NCBI GenBank assembly: GCA_963729605.1
Contig: CAVSNY010000007.1
Location: 160,001-224,000 of the forward strand
Source: an uncultured Gammaproteobacteria bacterium
Lineage (GTDB): Bacteria; Pseudomonadota; Gammaproteobacteria; DRLM01
Direction of reading: 5' to 3'
Length of the DNA: 64,000 nucleotides
Program-made: the position numbers and the translations under genes
Notes under the pieces: model-generated
Told to the model about the DNA's origin: nothing
Databases searched by the model: none
The model's input: the letters and a program-made list of their open reading frames with translations, nothing else
Shown: positions 57,778 to 64,000 of the stretch, one piece after another
How positions within the stretch are numbered: the stretch's first letter is position 1
Layout: each line of letters opens with the position of its first letter

Positions 57778-59820
57778 ATGGCCGATGAGCTGATGTATAC
57801 ACACTGGCATCTGGAGATCGACGCCAAGCGCATCGCCTGGCTGGCCATCGATAAAGCCGAGGCCGGCGCCAACGTGCTTTCCAAAGACGTGTTGGAAGAA
57901 TTGCAAGCCGTCATCGACGCGCTCGCCGCCGCGCGGCCGCGCGGCCTGGTGATTCATTCGGCCAAGGCCAACGGTTTCATCGCCGGCGCCGACGTGAAGG
58001 AATTCACCGCGCTGAACAACTTCGAGGAGGCGACCGAACTGGTCGGCCGCGGCCAGGCCGTGTTGAACCGCCTCGAAGCCTTGCCGTTTCCCACCGTCGC
58101 GATGATTCATGGTTTTTGCCTGGGCGGCGGCATGGAGCTGGCGCTGGCCTGCCGCTATCGCGTCGCCGAAGACGACCCGCGCACGCGGCTGGGTTTGCCC
58201 GAAGTGAAACTCGGCATCCACCCCGGCTTCGGCGGCACCGTGCGTCTGCCGCCGTTGATCGGCGCCCCGGCGGCGATGGATTTGATGTTGAGCGGCCGCA
58301 CCGTGGAGGCGCGCCAGGCGCAAAAAATGGGCTTGGTGGATTACGCCGTACCGGCGCGGCAGTTGCGGCGCGCCGCCGAGAGCATGGTGCTGGAGCAGCC
58401 GAAACCGCATCGGCCCAAATTTTTCCAGCGCGTCACCAATCACGGCGCGCTGCGGCCGCTGCTGGCGTCCAGGCTGCGCAAGAAAGTGGCGGACAAGGCG
58501 CCGCCGCAACACTATCCCGCGCCTTACGCGATGATCGATCTTTGGTCGGAATACGCCGGCAACCGTGAACGGATGATGCAGGAGGAGGCCCGTTCGGTGG
58601 CGCGGCTGGTGACCGGCGACACCGCGCGCAATCTGGTGCGGGTGTTCTTTTTGCAGGAGCGGCTGAAGTCGCTGGGCCGCGGCGCGGATTTCAACGCCAA
58701 ACACGTGCACGTAATCGGCGCCGGCGTGATGGGCGGCGACATCGCCGCCTGGTGCGCGCTGCGCGGATTGCGGGTCACGGTGCAGGATCGCAGTCCCGAG
58801 GCTCTCGGCCGGGTGATGAAGCGCGCGCAGGCCTTGTATAAAAAGAAATTGAAAGTGCCGCGGCTGGTGCAGGCCGCCATGGACCGCTTGCAGCCGGATC
58901 GGGCCGGCGCCGGTTTGCGGCGCGCCGACGTCATCATCGAGGCGATTTTCGAGGACATCAAGGCGAAACAACATCTCTACCGCGAGATCGAACCGCTGAT
59001 CCGCGCCGACGCGCTGCTCGCCACCAACACCTCGAGCATTCCGCTGGAGACTTTGAGCGAAGTGCTGCGGCATCCCGAGCGTTTGGTCGGCGTGCACTTT
59101 TTCAATCCGGTCGCGCAAATGCAATTGGTGGAAGTGGTGGCCAGCACGCGGACGTCGCCCGAGACGGCGAAACAGGCCGCCGCCTTCGTGCGGCAGATCG
59201 ATCGTCTGCCCCTGCCGGTCAGGAGTTCGCCGGGCTTTTTGGTGAACCGGGTGTTGATGCCGTATCTGCTGGAGGCGGTGGCCCTCGAAGCGGAAGGCGT
59301 GCCGGCGACGGTGATCGACGCCGCCGCCACCGAGTTCGGCATGCCGATGGGGCCGATCCTGCTCGCCGATACCGTGGGCCTCGACATTTGTCTCTCGGTG
59401 GCGGAGATTCTTTCCAAGCAATTGCAGCGCGGCGAGGTGCCGCCGCGCTTGCGCGAGCTGGTCGCCGCCGGCCATCTCGGCAAGAAAAGTGGCCGGGGAT
59501 TTTATACCTATCAAGGCGACCGGCCGGTGTTCGTCAAACCGCCCAAGGGTTATCAGCCGCCGGCGGATATCACCGACCGCCTGATGTTCCGTTACTTCAA
59601 CGAGGCGATGGCCTGTCTCCGCGAAGGCGTGGTGGAAGACGCCGACCTGCTCGATGCGGGTATGATCTTCGCCACCGGCTTCGCGCCCTTCCGCGGCGGG
59701 CCGCTGCACTTCGCGCGGCACACCGGCGCCGAGGCGGTGCGGCGGCGCCTGGAACAATTGACCCAAGAACACGGCCGGATTTTCCAGCCGGACGAGGGAT
59801 GGCAGTCCGTATTAACCTGA
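57778..59820 (+). CDS. fadJ: Enoyl-CoA hydratase / 3-hydroxyacyl-CoA dehydrogenase
   Basis: FIAGAD, GGGMELALAC, GLPEVKLGIHPG, GAGVMG, ATNTSS and HFFNP. Confidence 0.9.
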   Translation: MADELMYTHWHLEIDAKRIAWLAIDKAEAGANVLSKDVLEELQAVIDALAAARPRGLVIHSAKANGFIAGADVKEFTALNNFEEATELVGRGQAVLNRLEALPFPTVAMIHGFCLGGGMELALACRYRVAEDDPRTRLGLPEVKLGIHPGFGGTVRLPPLIGAPAAMDLMLSGRTVEARQAQKMGLVDYAVPARQLRRAAESMVLEQPKPHRPKFFQRVTNHGALRPLLASRLRKKVADKAPPQHYPAPYAMIDLWSEYAGNRERMMQEEARSVARLVTGDTARNLVRVFFLQERLKSLGRGADFNAKHVHVIGAGVMGGDIAAWCALRGLRVTVQDRSPEALGRVMKRAQALYKKKLKVPRLVQAAMDRLQPDRAGAGLRRADVIIEAIFEDIKAKQHLYREIEPLIRADALLATNTSSIPLETLSEVLRHPERLVGVHFFNPVAQMQLVEVVASTRTSPETAKQAAAFVRQIDRLPLPVRSSPGFLVNRVLMPYLLEAVALEAEGVPATVIDAAATEFGMPMGPILLADTVGLDICLSVAEILSKQLQRGEVPPRLRELVAAGHLGKKSGRGFYTYQGDRPVFVKPPKGYQPPADITDRLMFRYFNEAMACLREGVVEDADLLDAGMIFATGFAPFRGGPLHFARHTGAEAVRRRLEQLTQEHGRIFQPDEGWQSVLT

Positions 59821-59830
59821 TGAGGCGCCG

Positions 59831-61630
59831 ATGTCAGAGGCCGTACCGGACATTATCACCCCGCAAACCGCGATAACCCTGGCGGGCCTGTTCCGCGAAC
59901 GGGTGCGGCGCAGCCCCGACGCGTCCGCCTACCGTTATTTCGATGAGACCACCATGCAGTGGCAGACCGTGCGCTGGGCCGACATGGCCCGCCAAGTCGC
60001 GCGCTGGCAGGCCGCGCTGTTGCAAGAAGGCGTGCAACGCGGCGACCGCGTGGCGGTGATGCTGCAAAACGGCCGCGAATGGGTGTGTTTCGAACAGGCC
60101 GCGCTGGGGCTGGGCCTGGTGGTGGTACCGCTCTACGTCAACGACCGCGCGGAAAACGCCGCGTATATCCTGCGCGACGCCGGCGCCAAGTTCCTGTTGA
60201 TCGGCGGCGCCGAACATTGGCAGGGCCTGCGCGAGATACGCGGCCAACTTGATGAGCTCAAGCATGTCGTGGTGGTGAAGCCGTTCGAGGACATGGACCC
60301 GGCGCTCACGGTGTTGAACACCTGGCTGCCCGTCGACGGCGGCGAGCTGCGCACGGTGGACGGTGCGCCCGATGAACTCGCGACCCTGGTCTACACCTCG
60401 GGCACCACCGGCCATCCCAAAGGCGTGATGCTCAGCCACCGCAATATTTTGAGCAACGCCTACAGTTGTTCGCGCACGGTGCCGGTTACCGGTGACGATG
60501 TATTTTTATCTTTTCTGCCCTTGTCTCACGCCCTCGAACGCACCGTGGGCCATTACCTGCCGATGATGGCGGGGGCGACCGTGGCTTACGCGCGCTCCAT
60601 TCCGCTCTTGTCGGAAGACCTGCTCAGCGTGCGGCCCACCATCCTCATTTCCGTGCCGCGCATCTACGAACGCATCTACGCCAAGCTCCGCGCCCAGCTC
60701 GATGAAAAACCGCCGATGGCGCGGCGCCTGTTCGAGTCGGCGGTGGAGGTGGGCTGGCAGCGTTTCGAGCGGCGTCAGGGCCGCGCGCCGTGGCGGATAT
60801 CGCAATTGTGGTGGCCGCTGCTGGAAAAATTGGTCGCCCGCAAATTGATGACGAAGATGGGCGGCCGGGTACGGGTGGCGGTGTGCGGCGGCGCGCCGCT
60901 GTCGCCGTCCATCGCGCGGGTGTTCGTCGGTTTGGGTCTGCCGCTGATTCAAGGTTACGGCCTCACCGAGACCAGTCCGGTGGTGAGCGCCAATCAGCTC
61001 GATGACAATATCCCGGCCAGTGTGGGCCTGCCGTTGCAGGAGGTGGAGGTGCGCCTGGGCGCCGACGGCGAATTGCAGGTGCGCGGACCCAATGTGTGCC
61101 TGGGTTATTGGAACAAGCCCGAGGCGAGCGCCGCGCTGATTGGCGCCGACGGCTGGCTGCACACCGGCGATGTGGCGCGCATCGAAAATCGACATATCTT
61201 CATCACCGGCCGGCTCAAGGAGATCATCGTGCTGGCCAACGGCGAGAAACTGCCACCGGCGGACATGGAGGCGGCCATCGCCCGCGATCCGGTGTTTGAA
61301 CATGTCCTGGTGATCGGCGAAGGACGGCCGTATCTGAGCGCGCTGGTGGTGCTCAACCCCGAACGCTGGAAGACCGCGGCGCGCAGTCTGGGCGTCGATC
61401 CCGACGCGGCTGACGTGTTGAATTCCAAGCCGGTGGAGAAATGGGCGTTGGGCTGCATCGACGCCCAGGTGCGCGGCTTTCCCGGTTACGTGCAGGTGCG
61501 GCGGGTGGCGGTGAGTCTGCTACCATGGACCATCGAAAACGGTCTGCTCACGCCGACGCTCAAGGTGCGGCGCGAGCGCATCCTCGCTCAATTCCGCGAC
61601 GCGGTGGACCGGCTCTACGAAGGACATTGA
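59831..61630 (+). CDS. fadD: Long-chain fatty acid-CoA ligase
   Basis: YTSGTTGHPKG, FLPLSH, QGYGLTET, GWLHTGD and LLTPTLK. Confidence 0.88.
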   Translation: MSEAVPDIITPQTAITLAGLFRERVRRSPDASAYRYFDETTMQWQTVRWADMARQVARWQAALLQEGVQRGDRVAVMLQNGREWVCFEQAALGLGLVVVPLYVNDRAENAAYILRDAGAKFLLIGGAEHWQGLREIRGQLDELKHVVVVKPFEDMDPALTVLNTWLPVDGGELRTVDGAPDELATLVYTSGTTGHPKGVMLSHRNILSNAYSCSRTVPVTGDDVFLSFLPLSHALERTVGHYLPMMAGATVAYARSIPLLSEDLLSVRPTILISVPRIYERIYAKLRAQLDEKPPMARRLFESAVEVGWQRFERRQGRAPWRISQLWWPLLEKLVARKLMTKMGGRVRVAVCGGAPLSPSIARVFVGLGLPLIQGYGLTETSPVVSANQLDDNIPASVGLPLQEVEVRLGADGELQVRGPNVCLGYWNKPEASAALIGADGWLHTGDVARIENRHIFITGRLKEIIVLANGEKLPPADMEAAIARDPVFEHVLVIGEGRPYLSALVVLNPERWKTAARSLGVDPDAADVLNSKPVEKWALGCIDAQVRGFPGYVQVRRVAVSLLPWTIENGLLTPTLKVRRERILAQFRDAVDRLYEGH

Positions 61631-61646
61631 TGAAAGGAAGCCGCGC

Positions 61647-62045
61647 GTGATCTCTCCCTGTCTGCCCAAAGACCGCGATCCGACCTTGCGTATCGTGGCC
61701 ATGCCCACCGACACCAATGCGTCGGGCGATATCTTCGGCGGCTGGATCATGTCGCAGGTGGACATCGCCGCCAGCATCGCCGCCTTGCGCCGCGCCCAGG
61801 GGCGGGTGGTGACGGTGGCGGTGAATTCCTTCGAGTTCCATCGGCCGGTGTTCGTCGGCGACCTCATCAGTTGCTACGCCGAAGTGACGCGGGTGGGGCG
61901 CACCTCGCTCACCGTGGAAGTCGAAGTGTTCGCCGAGCGCAATCGCCAGCAGGACGATTGCATCAAGGTCACCCAGGCGACGCTGACCTTCGTCGCGGTC
62001 GACGACCAGCGCCGCCCGCGGCCGGTGCCGCCCGCGGCGGCATGA
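61647..62045 (+). CDS. yciA: Acyl-CoA thioesterase (hotdog fold)
   Basis: AMPTDTNASGDIFGGWIMSQVD, PVFVGD and VGRTS. Confidence 0.92.
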   Translation: MISPCLPKDRDPTLRIVAMPTDTNASGDIFGGWIMSQVDIAASIAALRRAQGRVVTVAVNSFEFHRPVFVGDLISCYAEVTRVGRTSLTVEVEVFAERNRQQDDCIKVTQATLTFVAVDDQRRPRPVPPAAA

Positions 62046-62060
62046 TGGAATTATTAACTA

Positions 62061-62893
62061 GAACCTATCTCAAAATTGCCTGAGCAGGATACCGATGGTT
62101 GCCAGCTGCACAAACCCGAGAAAATTCTCGGCGTAGTATTCCCAACGGACCAGGAGACGACGTTGCCATTGAAGCCAGGCAAAGAAGCGTTCCACCAGCC
62201 AGCGTCGTTCGTATCGGCGCAGGCGACGCCCGTCTTGTGTCTTGGATTTTACGCGATTCTGCCGGTGCGGCGAGATCATCTCGATGCCCTCTTGCCGCAA
62301 TTCCTCGTCCAGTTTGTCGCTGTCGTAGGCACGATCGCCAATCAGATTTTCCGGCTTCGCTTCGATCATGTAGAACTCGAAACTCAGCTGCACCAGCGTG
62401 ACTTCATGGTGGTTCGCCGCATGCGTACTGACCGCCAGCGGCAAGCCGTGACGATCCACAATTGCCATGATTTTAACGCCTTTTCCGCGTTTTGTCGGGC
62501 CGATCTCCGCGCCGCCGCCCTTGGCCGAGGCAAACGTGGCATCGATAAAGCATTCCGATTCATCCAGCGCGCCTTCATCGCGCAGCGTGTTGGCGAGAGA
62601 GGTCATGACATCACGCAGCACTTCGTTGCGGCACCAATTCTGAAAACGGCGATGCACCGTTTTGTAGTTCGGATAGCATTGCGGCAGCATATGCCACTGC
62701 GCGCCGGTATTGAGAATCCAGAGAACGGCATCGAGGACTTGACGGGAAGAAATCGGCTTGCGACCTGCGCGCCCCGCCGCAATGTTTTCCTCCGGAAAGT
62801 GTTCCCGGATGCGTTCCCAGTGTTGGTCGCTCAGCCGTAGCATGCGGCAAATTATATGCGATTCTGCTCAGCTTGTGATTTTGAGATAGGTTC
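62061..62893 (-). mobile_element. IS5-family insertion sequence
   Basis: Perfect terminal inverted repeats GAACCTATCTCAAAAT / ATTTTGAGATAGGTTC, each flanked by TA (CTAG context). Confidence 0.93.
62070..62843 (-). CDS. IS5-family DDE transposase (single ORF, 257 aa)
   Basis: LSDQHW, WILNTGAQW..LP, FIDAT, GDRAYD and RWLVERFFAW. Confidence 0.93.
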   Translation of the reverse strand: MLRLSDQHWERIREHFPEENIAAGRAGRKPISSRQVLDAVLWILNTGAQWHMLPQCYPNYKTVHRRFQNWCRNEVLRDVMTSLANTLRDEGALDESECFIDATFASAKGGGAEIGPTKRGKGVKIMAIVDRHGLPLAVSTHAANHHEVTLVQLSFEFYMIEAKPENLIGDRAYDSDKLDEELRQEGIEMISPHRQNRVKSKTQDGRRLRRYERRWLVERFFAWLQWQRRLLVRWEYYAENFLGFVQLATIGILLRQF

Positions 62894-62895
62894 TA

Positions 62896-63046
62896 GGGAA
62901 GCTCTGAATAATTCCATCCTGGAATTTTCAGAGCACGGACAGCGAAAATGTGATTTTCGCTTCCCTCCATTTTTAATGGTTAACGCCATTGAAAATGGCG
63001 GCACATCCCTGTGCCGCGGGAACCTCTGAATAAATCAGAGGTTCCC
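62896..63046. mobile_element. 151-bp MITE, copy 2 (inverted)
   Basis: TA|GGGAAGCTCTGA...TCAGAGGTTCCC|TA; reverse-complement homologue of 52700-52850. Confidence 0.88.
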
Positions 63047-63060
63047 TAGAAAAAGCGATT

Positions 63061-63170
63061 GACCACGGAGGGCACGGAGGGAAATCAACGATGGTGAGCC
63101 GGGTCGAAGTCGCTCGATAGATGAACGCCCGATGCCACACCGTCCTGATGCTCCGTACCCGCCGTGGTTT
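63061..63170. repeat. Degenerate ACCACGGAG-type inverted repeat
   Basis: ACCACGGAGGGCACGGAG ... CTCCGTACCCGCCGTGGT. Confidence 0.6.
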
Positions 63171-63240
63171 GCATCTAAAATTATGGATAGCATCACGCTG
63201 TTTGACGTTGCCTTGCCCTCTCCCGAATAAACTTGTGACA

Positions 63241-64000
63241 TCAGCCGACCGGGGCGACCGCGCCGCGTGGGGCGCGATCCAGCCGCCGATAAGAAATCGC
63301 CTCGCCGATGTGGGCGGCCTGTATCGCGGGCGCATCGGCCAGGTCGGCGATGCTGCGCGCCACCCGCAGCACGCGATGAAAGGCCCGCGCCGAAAAACCC
63401 AAACGTACTACCGCCTGTTCCAATAAATTCTCCGCGGCTTTATCCAGCGCGCACGTGTGTTCCGTTTCTGTTGTCGTCAAATGATGATTGAGCTTGCCCG
63501 CCCGCGCCATTTGCCGCGTTTGAGCGGCCTGCACGCGCGCGCGCACGTCGGCGCTGGAGGGTTCGTTCGCGGTTTGCGCGCCCCGCATCAGCTCGTGCGG
63601 CAGCGCCGGCACCTCGACGTGTAAATCGATGCGGTCGAGCAGCGGGCCGGACAGGCGGGCGCGGTAACGCAGCACGTTTTCCGCGCTGCAACGGCAGCGG
63701 CCGCCCGCATCGCCGAGGTAACCGCACGGGCAGGGGTTCATCGCGGCGATCAATTGAAAGCGCGCGGGGAATTCGGCCTGACGCGCGGCGCGGGAGATGA
63801 CGATGCGTCCGGACTCCAAAGGTTCGCGCAACACCTCCAGCACGCGGCGATCGAACTCGGGCAATTCGTCGAGAAACAACACGCCGTGATGGGCGAGCGA
63901 GATTTCGCCGGGCCGCGGTTGCGAGCCGCCGCCCACCAGCGCGACCGCCGACGCGGTGTGATGCGGGGCGCGGTAGGGACGGCGGCCCCACGACGCGGCG
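63241..64000 (-). CDS. comM: YifB/ComM Mg-chelatase-like AAA ATPase (5' part beyond the window)
   Basis: RAPHHTAS, PGEISLAHHGVLFLDELPEF, AAMNPCPCG, LSGPLLDRID and ARSIADL. Confidence 0.93.
   Translation of the reverse strand, partial: AASWGRRPYRAPHHTASAVALVGGGSQPRPGEISLAHHGVLFLDELPEFDRRVLEVLREPLESGRIVISRAARQAEFPARFQLIAAMNPCPCGYLGDAGGRCRCSAENVLRYRARLSGPLLDRIDLHVEVPALPHELMRGAQTANEPSSADVRARVQAAQTRQMARAGKLNHHLTTTETEHTCALDKAAENLLEQAVVRLGFSARAFHRVLRVARSIADLADAPAIQAAHIGEAISYRRLDRAPRGAVAPVG

Overview
GC-rich chromosomal window, most consistent with a Gammaproteobacterium (inferred from gene order and gene families). The backbone is housekeeping: glgP, rpmE, malic enzyme-mdh-gltA, then the conserved mrcA <> pilMNOPQ-aroK-aroB-dgt-(AAA/SPOR)-gltBD-hemE block, tal, clsB, mpl-ubiX, a SulP transporter, an ArnT/LssY envelope module, a GGDEF/PilZ module, a beta-oxidation operon (fadE-fadI-fadJ-fadD-yciA), an IS5-family element and comM/yifB. 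Clustered frameshifts in glgP, aroB, dgt, gltB, the fructosamine kinase and an Ig-like lipoprotein are probably sequencing or assembly errors. Notable features the ORF track does not show are: (i) two decayed integron gene cassettes with no integrase in the window (45.3-46.3 kb); (ii) a probable internally deleted RAYT transposase relic still bracketed by inverted GTAG REPs (43.8-44.1 kb); (iii) an Ig-like lipoprotein with an expanded Ca-binding-type repeat array inserted right after pilQ; (iv) a permuted papain-like hydrolase translationally coupled to the beta-oxidation operon; (v) an ArnT-DedA/PAP2-dgkA module in which the phosphatase motifs are lost and the kinase is a pseudogene; (vi) two copies of a 151-bp MITE whose central hairpin loop is inverted between copies, one abutting the IS; (vii) several unrelated families of intergenic palindromic repeats, some nested. 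I saw no rRNA, tRNA or CRISPR array. Family assignments come from motif recognition by eye, not from database searches.
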